A stretch of DNA of 63,609 nucleotides, filler included, from Chthonomonadaceae bacterium (GCA_035650735.1; 5 parts of 5 records of this genome joined end to end with filler, not necessarily neighbours in it), one strand, 5' to 3'; positions 9,638-19,871 are shown, numbered from the whole stretch's first letter. The notes: generated from the sequence alone by a model not told the origin. Program-made: numbers and translations.

Positions 9638-9695
9638 TTAGCGAAGCGACTAAAACCTCTTAGCGACCGAAGGGAGACTAAGAGCGCAATATAGC
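9638..9695. other. Putative MOBQ-type oriT
   Basis: AGAGCGCAATATA (9681-9693) resembles the AGGGCGCAA(T)TATA nic region; inverted repeat CTCTTAG/CTAAGAG; directly upstream of the relaxase. Confidence 0.6.
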
Positions 9696-9789
9696 ATTGT
9701 GAAGTGAACCCCAAAAACTGGACACAGAGGAAACCAACACCGCAATTGCGAATAGCGCGATTGCGAACCAGTCCAGAAAAGGGGTTCCC

Positions 9790-10098
9790 ATGTCCAGACA
9801 ACGCCTCAGTTTTACACCGGCTTTCAAAGCCCAGGTCGCACTCCAAGCCCTGTGCGGGGAGAAAAGTCAGGCCGCGCTGTGCCGCGAACACAATCTCAGT
9901 CCTGATCTGGTCTGCCGCTGGAAGCAGACACTCCAAGAACAAGCCCACGAACTGTTCGCCACTGCCGCCCGTTCCGATGCCCACGAAGAACGCCTTGCCG
10001 AACTCGAACGGCTCGTGGGACAATTGACCGTGGAGTTGTCGGCGGCAAAAAAACTTTCCAGCATCTTGCCCTTGCGCTCCCACAAAAACGGGAGGTAA
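9790..10098 (+). CDS. IS3 OrfA (HTH)
   Basis: FTPAFKAQVAL, LCREHNL, leucine-zipper-like tail. Confidence 0.88.
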   Translation: MSRQRLSFTPAFKAQVALQALCGEKSQAALCREHNLSPDLVCRWKQTLQEQAHELFATAARSDAHEERLAELERLVGQLTVELSAAKKLSSILPLRSHKNGR

Positions 10099-10103
10099 TC
10101 GGG

Positions 10104-10925
10104 ATGCTGGCCCACGAATATCCGGTGGAGATGCTCTGCGGACTGCTCGCCTGTTCCCGCAGTTCCTACTATTATAAGCAAGCCTCCGAGGATGCTTGTG
10201 TGCGCGATGCTATCGAGCAAATCGCCGTCCAGTTTTCACGCTACGGCTATCGGCGCATCACGGCACAACTTTGTCGGCGCGGCCTGCAGGTCAATCATAA
10301 GCGCGTCCTTCGGATCATGCACGAGGAAAGCCTGTTGGTGGCGGTTAAGCGGTATGTCCACCCCGCCTCCAAACGTCATGACCTGCCGCGCTATCCCAAC
10401 CTGGTGCGTAACGTGACGATTGAGTACGCCGACCAAGTTTGGGCCAGCGACTTCACCTACATTGGCCTACGGCAAGAATGGGTGTACCTGGCGGTCATTC
10501 TCGACCTGTTCACCCGTGCGATCCGGGGCTGGCATCTGGGGCGGGACCTGACCGAACACCTGGTCACGACCGCGCTTGAAAATGCGTTGGCCTCGCACGC
10601 CGCGCCCACGATCCACCATTCGGATCAGGGCGTCCAATATTGTGCCATCGGGTACGTGACCCGCTTGCAACAGGCGGGCGTTGCCGTCAGTATGTCGGCA
10701 GCAGGACGCCCGACAGAAAACGCTTTCGTCGAGCGGGTTATTCGCACTCTCAAAGACGAGGAAGTCTCGCTCAACGAGTATGCCGACTTCGCCGATGCCC
10801 AGCAGCGTATCGGACAGTTCCTCGACGACGTGTACAACACCAAGCCCGTGCATTCCGCGCTCGGCTACCGAACGCCCGCCGAGTATGAGGCGCACCTGCG
10901 TTCACGACAAACAGACGGTTCGTAA
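10104..10925 (+). CDS. IS3 OrfB (DDE core)
   Basis: YGYRRI, WASDFTYI, HHSDQGVQY, ENAFVER, HSALGYRTP. Confidence 0.9.
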   Translation: MLAHEYPVEMLCGLLACSRSSYYYKQASEDACVRDAIEQIAVQFSRYGYRRITAQLCRRGLQVNHKRVLRIMHEESLLVAVKRYVHPASKRHDLPRYPNLVRNVTIEYADQVWASDFTYIGLRQEWVYLAVILDLFTRAIRGWHLGRDLTEHLVTTALENALASHAAPTIHHSDQGVQYCAIGYVTRLQQAGVAVSMSAAGRPTENAFVERVIRTLKDEEVSLNEYADFADAQQRIGQFLDDVYNTKPVHSALGYRTPAEYEAHLRSRQTDGS

Positions 10926-11104
10926 GCCGTCCAACGAGCGTATTGGTAAGAAACGCTCAAATCGTGTCCAGTTTTTGGGGTGCAGTACAAAAGCCAATAC
11001 TGTTCTCCCTGGATATAGGGCGTTTCGGTTCGTGCATCGCAAGGGATGTGGTAAAGACTTTACGGCCAGAGGATTATTGGTCGCCTGTCCCCCTAACCGG
11101 ACGA

Positions 11105-12296
11105 TTCACTACCGTACACTTTTTGAATAGAGGCTGTCGCCTGGGGTACTCTTGTGCTTACCACAGTCACAGGAGCACCTGCCATGAGCGACAACCTCAC
11201 CCGTTATTGTGCCATCCGAGACGCCTTAAAGCGCCTACGTCAAACCGAACCCAAGGGCAATCTGGCCCGGCATTTGCAGACCACTGCCCATCTGGTCAGC
11301 AGCATCGTCGGCAGTAAGAAATGTCATCTGCCTGCCATTGCCAGCAAAGCCCCCGATGGACGCCGCCACGAAACGCGGATCATGGGCTTTCGACGCGGGC
11401 TGGCAAACGAGCGTATTGACCAGGCGACCTATTATCTGCCGTATATTGCGAATTTTCTCGCCCATCTGCCCCAAGCCCCGCTGGTGCTGGTTATCGACAC
11501 CAGTCAGGTCGGGCGCGGTTGTCTGGCTCTGGTGGTGAGTGTTCTCTACCAAAAACGGGCGATCCCGCTGTGTTGGACGGTCGTGCGTGGAAAGATTGCC
11601 GCCACCTGCCGGAACAGACCCACCTGGCTTTGCTTCAACAAGCCGCCCAGGTAATCCCCACAGAACGCCCGGTCATCTTTCTGGGGAACGGCGAGTTCAA
11701 CGGGGTGGACTTGCGCGATCAGATCGCCCGGTTGGGCTGGCATTTTGTTTGTCGGGTTCCCAAAAACACGGTCTTTGCCGACGCGGCAGACTGGTACTCG
11801 CTGTCCCGGTTTCCCCTCCAACCCGGCGACCGCTTCGAATTGGAAGACGTCTTCTATACCGAGCGGGGTTTTGGCCCACTTCTCTTGGTAGCGGTCTGGC
11901 CCGAAGGGCAAAAAGAGCCTTTGTGTCTGGTGAGCAACCTGGAGTTCTTGGACGAAGCCCTGCTCTGGTATAAACGTCGCTTTACCATCGAGACGTTGTT
12001 TTCGGATCAGAAGAGCCGAGGGTTCCATCTGGGTCATAGTCATCTGGGCGATCCGCAACGGCTAGAACGCTTGTTGTTAGCCTGCTGTCTGGCGTCTCTG
12101 TGGATGGTGTGTCTGGGAGCGTGCGTCGTTCTCAACGGAGGCAAAGCGTGCATCCATCGTTCGGATCGTTGCGATCTGAGCTTGTTTCAGATCGGTTTAC
12201 TCTGGATCGAGTATTGCCTCAACGAAGGCTTACCGGTTCCGGTGCCACTCTGGATCAGACGGTTCTGTCCCGACAGGAAAAGTGTACGGTAGTGAA
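11105..12296 (+). mobile_element. IS4-like element with frameshifted transposase
   Basis: Perfect 19-bp IRs TTCACTACCGTACACTTTT (11105-11123, 12278-12296); transposase 11184-12292 split near 11595; YKRRFTIETLFSDQKSRGF. Confidence 0.88.
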
Positions 12297-12396
12297 NNNN
12301 NNNNNNNNNNNNNNNNNNNNNNNNNNNNNNNNNNNNNNNNTTAATTAATTAANNNNNNNNNNNNNNNNNNNNNNNNNNNNNNNNNNNNNNNNNNNN
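12297..12396. other. Artificial contig linker
   Basis: N44-TTAATTAATTAA-N44. Confidence 0.98.
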
Positions 12397-12555
12397 TGGG
12401 ATGCACTTGGGTCCTCTTGAGGAGATAGGCCAGCCGCTCATTAGAGGCTTGGTGCTCGCTTTCTAGCGAGCACCAAGCGGTCATCAGCCTCCAAGTCCTC
12501 TCTCGAAGCAGGCAAAAAAGGGCATAACACCCTCTAAGGAAAGGCCAGAGCCGCT

Positions 12556-13251
12556 ATGCCGGAAGCGCGTTTCGATCTGCATCTGCATACCGAGTTCTCG
12601 CCGGACTGCGATACGCCGCTGGAGTCTATCGAAGCCCACTGTCTGGCACTGGGCCTGACGGGCATCGCCGTCACCGACCACGACAGCATCGAGGGAGCGC
12701 TGCGTCTGCGCGAGAGAGTCAAAACGCTGCGCGTTATCGTCGGCCAGGAGGTGACGACGCGCGATGGGGATGTCATCGGCCTTTTTATCAAGGAGCGTGT
12801 TGCGCGCGGGCTGTCTGCTGCCGACACGATGACGGCCATTCACGCGCAGGGCGGGCTTGTCTACCTGCCGCATCCGTTCGACCGGCACAAGGCGCGACGC
12901 AGCCGAGGCGCCTCGTTAGCCTCCGTGTTAGCGCAGGTGGATATTATGGAAGCATTCAATGGCAAGGTAGGCCGGCCTATCTATAATACGATGGCGGCGG
13001 AGTTCGCGCTGCAGCATGGCAAGATACCGGCTGGCGGCAGCGACGCCCACTCCCTCCGGGCTATCGGCACCGTCTATAATGCGTTCGCGCTACCGGAAGG
13101 CTGGGATAATGATCCGCAGGCGTTCCTGGCGGCCCTGGCAGAGGCGCAGATCGTGGGAAAGCGGCGCAGCCCGATTGGCGGCTGGCTGGTTTTCGGCAGG
13201 CGCCCGCTCAGCATGGCCTGGCGGCGGCTGCACCAGAGACACAAGAGATAG
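12556..13251 (+). CDS. PHP domain phosphoesterase
   Basis: DLHLHT, AVTDHD, PHPF, GGSDAH. Confidence 0.9.
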   Translation: MPEARFDLHLHTEFSPDCDTPLESIEAHCLALGLTGIAVTDHDSIEGALRLRERVKTLRVIVGQEVTTRDGDVIGLFIKERVARGLSAADTMTAIHAQGGLVYLPHPFDRHKARRSRGASLASVLAQVDIMEAFNGKVGRPIYNTMAAEFALQHGKIPAGGSDAHSLRAIGTVYNAFALPEGWDNDPQAFLAALAEAQIVGKRRSPIGGWLVFGRRPLSMAWRRLHQRHKR

Positions 13252-13297
13252 AAACGGCACATTATCCTTAAGCGAAATTGCGTTCTTGCAGCTAGAA

Positions 13298-14287
13298 ATG
13301 ACAATCGCGATTCCAAAAACAGGACATTGGCCGCAGCGGCGGCCTCAAGCAGCCATTCTGATCTATGCAAATCCCAGGGCGGGCGGAATGTCGGCGCTGT
13401 CCAGCACTTACCCGATGGCCTTGAGAATGCCTTCTGCGCCAGCGATTGCGGCGGACTGCCTCCAATACCTGCAAGCCGCTGTGGAGCGGGTTGGCCTGAA
13501 CGCGCAGGTGCAGGCCGTGCCGCCGCCAGAGGCACTTCCTGCCGCGATCCGGGCAGGGCAGCGGGCCGGCTACGATACGATTGTGGCAGCAGGCGGGGAC
13601 GGCACTGTGCGCACGGTAGCGCAGGGTCTCGTCGGCACGCCACTGCGGCTGGGCATCCTGCCGATGGGCACGGACAATAACTTCGCGCGGGCGCTGGGGC
13701 TGCCGTTCGCGCTGGAGGAGGCGCTGCGCGTCGTGGCGGAGGGCCGTGAGCGGCGTGTGGATGTGGGGCGCATCGGCGGTGAGTACTTCCTGGAGGCGGC
13801 GGGCGTGGGGCTGTTTGCGGATGCGATTCAGGCGTTCGGCCCGCGTGAGCCGCGCCGCTATGAGGTGCTGCGCGTGGTGAAGGTACTGGCGCCGCTCTAC
13901 TGGTGCCTGCGTGCGCGCCGTCTGGTGTTGACCCTGGATGGGGTGCGTCAGGAAGAAGAGGCCGTTATGGTGACGGCAGCCAACTCCGCCTACCTGGGCG
14001 CGGGGATGGCCCTGGCTCCGGGCGCCAGCCTCAGCGACGGCTTGCTGGATGTGGTGATCCTCGGCGCCTTATGCCGGTGGGAACTGCTGCGCTTTGGCCG
14101 CGCGCTGCTGCGCGGGTCGCACCTGGAGCTGCCGAAGGTGCGCCGTGTGCAGGCTAAAACCGTTGAGATACGCTCCAAATGGCGGCTCGGACGGCCACTT
14201 CCCGTCCACGCCGATGACCATATCGCCGGACACACGCCGGCCCGCCTGGAGGTCGTCCCGCAAGCGCTGCGCGTCCTCGTCCCTTAA
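13298..14287 (+). CDS. Diacylglycerol kinase family lipid kinase
   Basis: NPRAG, AAGGDGT, LPMGTDNNFARALG; start uncertain. Confidence 0.85.
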   Translation: MTIAIPKTGHWPQRRPQAAILIYANPRAGGMSALSSTYPMALRMPSAPAIAADCLQYLQAAVERVGLNAQVQAVPPPEALPAAIRAGQRAGYDTIVAAGGDGTVRTVAQGLVGTPLRLGILPMGTDNNFARALGLPFALEEALRVVAEGRERRVDVGRIGGEYFLEAAGVGLFADAIQAFGPREPRRYEVLRVVKVLAPLYWCLRARRLVLTLDGVRQEEEAVMVTAANSAYLGAGMALAPGASLSDGLLDVVILGALCRWELLRFGRALLRGSHLELPKVRRVQAKTVEIRSKWRLGRPLPVHADDHIAGHTPARLEVVPQALRVLVP

Positions 14288-14293
14288 AAGACC

Positions 14294-14425
14294 TCAACAG
14301 GATGAACCGGATTCCTAAAACCCCACCAGCCGAGTCCTTATGCCTCTGGACTTCAAGCGGACTGGAAGGCTTCTGTCTTTGGTTTTAATTCTGTAAATCC
14401 TGCAAAATCCTGTGCATCCTGTTGA
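14294..14425. repeat. Palindromic intergenic element built from 9-mer units
   Basis: Arms TCAACAGGATG / CATCCTGTTGA with repeated ATCCTG units; between convergent genes. Confidence 0.7.
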
Positions 14426-14434
14426 AAGGGCTTT

Positions 14435-15055
14435 CTAGCGGCCGCTGGTGAGCAGGCGCAGCGCCTCGCTGATGAGAGCGCCGGTGTTGGTACGGTCGGC
14501 GGCATTGGCAAAGACGCGGTCGGCAGCGCGGCGCGAGTCGGGGCGGCTGAAGCCCAGGTTCACCAGCGCCTCGACTGTCTCTTCATAGGAGGCGTTCTCG
14601 GCCTCGGTCTGGTGGCCCGCCGCCGCGCGTTCGGCGCGCTGCTCGAAGGCGAACGCGGCCATCTTATCGCCCAGTTCCAGGCAGAGCCGCTGCGCCAGCT
14701 TCGGGCCGACGCCGGGGACTTTGGTGATGACGCGCGTATCGTTGGTGGAGAGGGCACGGGCCAAGTCGGAGACATCCATCGCCGAGAGCAGGGCCAGGGC
14801 TACCTTCGGCCCCACGCCGGAGACGCCCAGCAATATCTTGAACGCATGCAGTTCCGTGGCGCTGGCGAAGCCGTAGAGCGTCATCTCATCCTCGCGCACG
14901 ACCATATGCGTGACCACCGTATATTTGCCGCCGACATCCGGCAGCGCCGAAAGCACCGTCACCGGCACGAATACCTGATAGCCCACGCCCCCGACATCCA
15001 GGATGACGCTGTTGCCTTCAACGCGCGCCACCACCCCCGTTAACTGCGCGATCAT
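14435..15055 (-). CDS. ruvA: Holliday junction branch migration protein RuvA
   Basis: MIAQLTG, DVGGVGY, VREDEMTLYGF, VSGVGPK, VPGVGPK, ALVNLGF. Confidence 0.96.
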   Translation of the reverse strand: MIAQLTGVVARVEGNSVILDVGGVGYQVFVPVTVLSALPDVGGKYTVVTHMVVREDEMTLYGFASATELHAFKILLGVSGVGPKVALALLSAMDVSDLARALSTNDTRVITKVPGVGPKLAQRLCLELGDKMAAFAFEQRAERAAAGHQTEAENASYEETVEALVNLGFSRPDSRRAADRVFANAADRTNTGALISEALRLLTSGR

Positions 15056-15097
15056 GCGCCAAAGCCTCCGTCCGTCCTCTGCCCCCGCATGGAGGCG

Positions 15098-15925
15098 CTA
15101 TGGTTTTCTCGCTGCCGCCTTCTCCGCGACGACCGCCTCCACCAGGTCGAGGAAGCGATAGACGGAAGGTATGGCCTCCCAGGGCATACTGCCGCCGCGC
15201 GCTGCCACCTGCGGCATCAACGCTTCCATCTGCGCGCCCAGTTCCCGCAAAGCCTGCACTCGCTCCGTCGGCTCGGAAGGCAGCCCTTCCTCAAGTGACG
15301 CGCGCCCCCCGCTTCCTACAAAGCGCCCTACGGCCTCCAGCGAGCCGCACGCCCACCGCAGCAAACCGCCATGATCTCCCCAGGGCGAACGGGCCACATA
15401 TTTCGCCGTGATAAGCAGCGCGGCCCAGAAACTGTTGACCGCCTGAGTCGCGGCCTCAACAGGCGCTCGTTCCGGGACAGATTGATAATCGAAGCGCGTC
15501 GGCGCATCCAGGCGCGGCAGGCCGACCCGATCCAGCAGCACGCGGGCATCCTGCGGAATGCGGGCGAGGGACTGCGGCTGCCAGTACCAGTCTACCGCGT
15601 GCGCTCCGGTCTGGCCGTCATACAGGGCCATCAGGTAGGCCCCGCCCGGCGGCGCGTTCTGCGGAGCCTCCAGACGCAGCGCCGGCGTTCCGATCCGGCC
15701 GACAAATTCCTGCCGCCCCGCGCAAATCTCCGCGATGGCCTCCTCCGCCACGACAACGAAGAGATCCAGGTCGCTCAGGGCGTCCTGATCCCCGCGCCCC
15801 GACGACCCGAACAGCCAGGCGGCGCGCACGCGCGGGTCCGCTTGCAGCGTTGCGAGGGCGCGCTGCAACAGGGCCTCACGTTCGGCGGCGCGCTGGCTCA
15901 GCAGCTTGGCGGCGGACATATCCAT
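15098..15925 (-). CDS. Pol-beta-type nucleotidyltransferase
   Basis: WLFGSSGRGDQDALSDLDL motif plus helical C-terminal domain. Confidence 0.8.
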   Translation of the reverse strand: MDMSAAKLLSQRAAEREALLQRALATLQADPRVRAAWLFGSSGRGDQDALSDLDLFVVVAEEAIAEICAGRQEFVGRIGTPALRLEAPQNAPPGGAYLMALYDGQTGAHAVDWYWQPQSLARIPQDARVLLDRVGLPRLDAPTRFDYQSVPERAPVEAATQAVNSFWAALLITAKYVARSPWGDHGGLLRWACGSLEAVGRFVGSGGRASLEEGLPSEPTERVQALRELGAQMEALMPQVAARGGSMPWEAIPSVYRFLDLVEAVVAEKAAARKP

Positions 15926-16049
15926 CCAGGCTCCCAGAGAGAAAGAGATTGTGGGTCAGCCTCCCACGCCCCTTCGGACACCCTCTCGCATGAGAATACC
16001 TCTCCCCTCTCCCGCAGCGTGGGAGAGGGGAAGGGGGTGAGGGCTTCCG

Positions 16050-16940
16050 TTAATAGATAACCTTGTTGAGCGGGTATTCGACGATGCCCTCCGCGCCGGC
16101 GCGCTTGAGTTGGGGCAGCAAGTCGCGCACCGTGCTCTCCGCGACGATGATCTCCAGGGCCACCCAGTTCTCGTTGGAGAGCGGCGAAATCGTCGGGTTC
16201 TTCAGTGCAGGCAGCAGCGCCGTCACCGCATCCAGGTCTGCGCGGGCCACGTTCATCTTCAGGCCGACCATCTGCTCGGCGTTGAGCGCGCCGCGCAGCA
16301 GCATGGTGATGTTCTCCACCTTCGCCCGCTTCCATTCATCGGCCCAGGAGCGATGGTTGACGATAAAGCGCGTGGTGGAGGTGAGCAGGGTATCCACGAC
16401 CTTGAGGTCATGCGCGCGCAGGCTGCTGCCCGTCTCCGTGTTGACCACGATGGCATCCACCAGGTCGGGAACTTTGACCTCGCACGCACCCCAGGAGAAC
16501 TCTACCTCCGCCTGGACGCCGTGCTTTTCCAGGTAGCGCTGCGTCAGGCGCACGTACTCGGTGGCGATGCGCTTGCCTTCCAGGTCCTTCACCGACTGAA
16601 TCTCCGAGCCGTTGGGCGCGGCCAGCACCACGCGGATCGGGTTCAGGGTTGCCTTCGAGTAGATGAACTCGGCCACCTCGGCCACGTCCGAGCCGTTATC
16701 CTCGATCCAGTCCTTGCCGGTCAGCCCCGCATCCAGGATGCCCTGCTCGACATAGCGCGGGATCTCCTGCGGACGGATAAGCATCGGCTCCAGTTCCGGG
16801 TCATCCCCGCTCGGATGATACGAGCGCCCGCTGCTCATACGAAATTCAAATCCGGCCTTCTTAAAGAGCGTGAAGGTCGCCTCTTGCAGGCTGCCTTTGG
16901 GAATTCCAATTTTCAATTTACGTTCCAACGTCGTCCTCAT
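16050..16940 (-). CDS. hisG: ATP phosphoribosyltransferase (long form)
   Basis: IPKGSL, RPQEIP, GLTGKD, RIATEY, ETGSSL, PTISPL. Confidence 0.95.
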   Translation of the reverse strand: MRTTLERKLKIGIPKGSLQEATFTLFKKAGFEFRMSSGRSYHPSGDDPELEPMLIRPQEIPRYVEQGILDAGLTGKDWIEDNGSDVAEVAEFIYSKATLNPIRVVLAAPNGSEIQSVKDLEGKRIATEYVRLTQRYLEKHGVQAEVEFSWGACEVKVPDLVDAIVVNTETGSSLRAHDLKVVDTLLTSTTRFIVNHRSWADEWKRAKVENITMLLRGALNAEQMVGLKMNVARADLDAVTALLPALKNPTISPLSNENWVALEIIVAESTVRDLLPQLKRAGAEGIVEYPLNKVIY

Positions 16941-16943
16941 TTT

Positions 16944-17924
16944 TCATCGGGCGGCGCGGCTACGCGCCGCCGGGATACTCTGCCCCTCATTATACCTGCC
17001 TGGAGCGCCCGGCGCGATCACCTCTATTGCCCGTGGCGTGAGCGTGAACTCGGCGGGCGTTGTGCCAACCACCTCGCCATCTACCAGCGCCGGCAGGGGC
17101 GGGTCGCATTCGATATGAATATGGCGGGCGCGCAGCATGGTCACTTTGGGATGGGTCACGTGCGTTCCCCGGAAAACGCGCGGAAAGGCCAGCAGAAGCT
17201 CGATCCGGCCCGCATCCGCTAACAGGCAGATGTCGAACAGGCCGTCGTCAATCTGCGCTTCCGGCGCGATCCGCATCCCGCCGCCATAGGTCGGCGCGTT
17301 GGCCACCGTGCACATCATGGCGCGCAGTTCGTGAGTCTGGCCGTCTGCTGTCAGCCGCATCGCCGCAGGTCGAAACGTAAGCAGGGATTGGAGCACAGCG
17401 GCGATGTAGGCGGGCGTTCCGCGCAGGCTGCGAAAGCCCCGGTTCACCCGTTCCGCCACAGCCGCATCGAAGCCGCACCCGGCCACGTTGATAAACCACC
17501 GTCCCTGCGTCCGGCCCAGATCCACCGATCGGGCCGAGCCGAAAAAGAGCGCATGGACGGCCTCGCGCAGGTCGGTTCCCAGGCCGAGGCTGCGGGCGAA
17601 ATCGTTGCCCGTGCCCATCGGCAACACGCCTAGCCGCGCGCCGGTTCCCGCCAACCCGTTGACCACCTCGCCCAGCGTCCCGTCGCCCCCGGCAGCAGCG
17701 ATCACCTCCGCGCCCTGAGCGGCGGCTTCGGCAGCGAGCGCGCTCGCATGCCCCGGCGCCTGCGTCGGGATCAGGCTCCATTCCACCGAGGAATTGGCCG
17801 CGATCTCGATGAGCAGACGTTCCAGTTCGGCGCGGCGCCGCGCGCCCTGGCCCCGCCCGGCTACGGGGTTGAGGATGATGACGGCACGCCGAATAGGCGC
17901 GGCGCCGGCCTGGCTGGCATCCAT
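16944..17924 (-). CDS. YegS/BmrU-type lipid kinase
   Basis: NPVAGRG, AAGGDGT, GTGNDFAR, YGGGM, DGE. Confidence 0.9.
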   Translation of the reverse strand: MDASQAGAAPIRRAVIILNPVAGRGQGARRRAELERLLIEIAANSSVEWSLIPTQAPGHASALAAEAAAQGAEVIAAAGGDGTLGEVVNGLAGTGARLGVLPMGTGNDFARSLGLGTDLREAVHALFFGSARSVDLGRTQGRWFINVAGCGFDAAVAERVNRGFRSLRGTPAYIAAVLQSLLTFRPAAMRLTADGQTHELRAMMCTVANAPTYGGGMRIAPEAQIDDGLFDICLLADAGRIELLLAFPRVFRGTHVTHPKVTMLRARHIHIECDPPLPALVDGEVVGTTPAEFTLTPRAIEVIAPGAPGRYNEGQSIPAARSRAAR

Positions 17925-17981
17925 AAAACGACTCCTATATGGCGCTCAGGTTCCTTGCGTTCTGGCCCCCACCCCCAACCT

Positions 17982-18090
17982 ACTGCCAGGGTCGGGCCTG
18001 CCATGGTTGGGCCCCTGCTCGGGTCGGCGCGGCAATGGCTCGCGCCTCCGCCTAGCCACACCTGGCCACAGCCCTCCGCCTGACGATCCC
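17982..18090. repeat. Modular intergenic repeat, copy A
   Basis: 109 bp; reverse complement of 26544-26652 with 3 mismatches. Confidence 0.9.
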
Positions 18091-18286
18091 CAAGAACAGG
18101 GGAGGGGAGCCTCGACTTCTCGGTTCCCCCTCTCCTGTTCTTGGGAGAGGGGGACGGGGGTGAGGGCTTGAGCCGCCCGAAAAGAAGGCGCGAGCAGGAA
18201 AGCCGGGCCGGTTCCGCGAATTCTGCGTTAAACTTCACCGAATGCGGTACCCGGCGAGAGTACCTGCCAGGAAGGAGCGCGCTGCT

Positions 18287-18667
18287 ATGTCCGATCAAAT
18301 GGTAACTCGAGGTCAGGATGTTCTGGTCACGACGACGTTTGACCTGCCGGGCTATGAAGTCGTGCGGTATCTGGGCATTGTGCGCGGCATCACCGTCCGC
18401 ACGCGCGGCCTCGTGCCCCAGATCGCTGCCGGATTGCAGGTGCTTGTCGGCGGGCAGGTCTCGCCTTACGTCTCTATGTGCGAGTATGCCCGCGAAGAGG
18501 CGCTGCAATACCTGCTCACCCACGCCCGCGAACGCGGCGCCAACGCAGTCCTCGGTATGCGCTACGATGCCACCGAGCTCGGTAAAGGCATCACCGAAGT
18601 GCTGGCCTACGGCACCGCCGTCATCGTCCAGCCCATTGCCCAGGCGGGAGGCGGTTTTTCGCGTTAG
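18287..18667 (+). CDS. YbjQ/UPF0145 family protein
   Basis: TTTFDLPGY, LGIVRG, GANAVLGMRYD, AYGTAV. Confidence 0.9.
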   Translation: MSDQMVTRGQDVLVTTTFDLPGYEVVRYLGIVRGITVRTRGLVPQIAAGLQVLVGGQVSPYVSMCEYAREEALQYLLTHARERGANAVLGMRYDATELGKGITEVLAYGTAVIVQPIAQAGGGFSR

Positions 18668-18773
18668 CTTTTGCGTTTCAGGTTCGGGAACCGCCGCACC
18701 GTAGAGCCGTCTATTGCGTGACCATGCAGCACCTGACACAAATGAAAGAGTATTACCGTTGGGCTTCTATTCA

Positions 18774-19580
18774 ATGAACTCAGAGGATAGCCTTTCGCCC
18801 GCTCCCGGTGGCGAGTCCGCCGATGACGACCAGGCCGCCTTCGTCGCCGTCGCTCCTTACTATGACATCCTGATGACCGGCGTGCCCTATCGCGATTGGG
18901 TGCGCTACCTGCATACGCTGCTGGATCTGCGCCAGGCCCGCCCCCGACAGATTCTCGACCTGGCCTGCGGCACCGGCAACGTCTCGGAGCTGCTGGCCGC
19001 CGAAGGCTATCCCGTGACGGGCGTGGACATCGCCCCACACATGATCGCTGAAGCCCAGCGCAAGGCTGCCAGGAAGGGCCTACCCATCGCCTACTTCGTC
19101 CAGGACGCCGCCGAGCTAGACCTGCCCGGACGCCGGTTTGACCTGTGCATCAGCCTGTTCGACAGCCTCAACTATATCACCGCCCCTGGGCGTCTGGCCC
19201 AGGCGATGGAGCGCGTCGCCGCACACCTGACCCGCAACGGCCTGTTCATTTTCGACCTCAACACCGAGTTCGCCCTGCGCAACAAGTTCTTCGATCAGGA
19301 CAACCTCGGCAGCGCCGAGCGCCTGCACTACGACTGGGACAGCGACTATTTTCCCGAAACCCGGCTCTGCCGCGTGCGCATGCAGTTCTGGTACCGCCAG
19401 GACAACGGCCAGGAACGCTACTTTGAGGAAGTTCACTGGCAGTACGCCTATCGTACGGACGAGATTTTAGACATGCTGCGCGCCGCCGGGTTTGACGACA
19501 TCGCTACCTACCAGGCGTATACGCTCCGCCCCCCTACCCACACCTCCGACCGTATCTTCTACGTCGCCCGCAAGGTCTGA
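18774..19580 (+). CDS. Class I SAM-dependent methyltransferase
   Basis: ILDLACGTG, GVDI, FDSLNY, GLFIFDLNT. Confidence 0.9.
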   Translation: MNSEDSLSPAPGGESADDDQAAFVAVAPYYDILMTGVPYRDWVRYLHTLLDLRQARPRQILDLACGTGNVSELLAAEGYPVTGVDIAPHMIAEAQRKAARKGLPIAYFVQDAAELDLPGRRFDLCISLFDSLNYITAPGRLAQAMERVAAHLTRNGLFIFDLNTEFALRNKFFDQDNLGSAERLHYDWDSDYFPETRLCRVRMQFWYRQDNGQERYFEEVHWQYAYRTDEILDMLRAAGFDDIATYQAYTLRPPTHTSDRIFYVARKV

Positions 19581-19871
19581 AGGGTCCCTGCCGGCGCTTT
19601 CCCGTATTCTTCTGCGGAAGCGCCGGCAGGATTTCTTAGCTCAAACGGCCAATAGTTCGAGCGCACAACGCCCCTCGCCTCTTGCCCTTCACTGCCGGGA
19701 GAGCGCGATGTCTGCGCCCGTATCCAGGTTCCGCGCAGTTCGTTTGCACCCTGGGCAATCTGCCTTCCCGCCGCGCTGTCTGGCATAGAGAGGTCAGGAG
19801 GTATAATAGAGGGAAGTTTGCCTGCATTCCTGTAGCATTATACTCGCTACGCTCCCATAAGGAAGATTCTC

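Larger units (their letters stand above)
9700..10989 (+). mobile_element. IS3-family insertion sequence
   Basis: Terminal IRs TG..ACCCCAAAAACTGGACAC / GTGTCCAGTTTTTGGGGT..CA; orfA and orfB; A7 slippery site 10047-10053. Confidence 0.93.

Noticed and set aside
12297..12396. TTAATTAATTAA palindromes within N runs (four sites)
   Set aside because: Identical all-frame-stop linkers joining contigs; not biological.
12440..12490. Hammerhead ribozyme on the minus strand (CTGATGA..GAAA)
   Set aside because: GAAA falls in a hairpin loop rather than after stem II; core geometry does not fit.
16050..16940. Linking hisG to the His-rich leader at 4288-4359
   Set aside because: Different contigs, and the leader points into the HNH gene.
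17982..18090. Modular repeats as CRISPR arrays
   Set aside because: No constant repeat with unique spacers; modules recur across loci.
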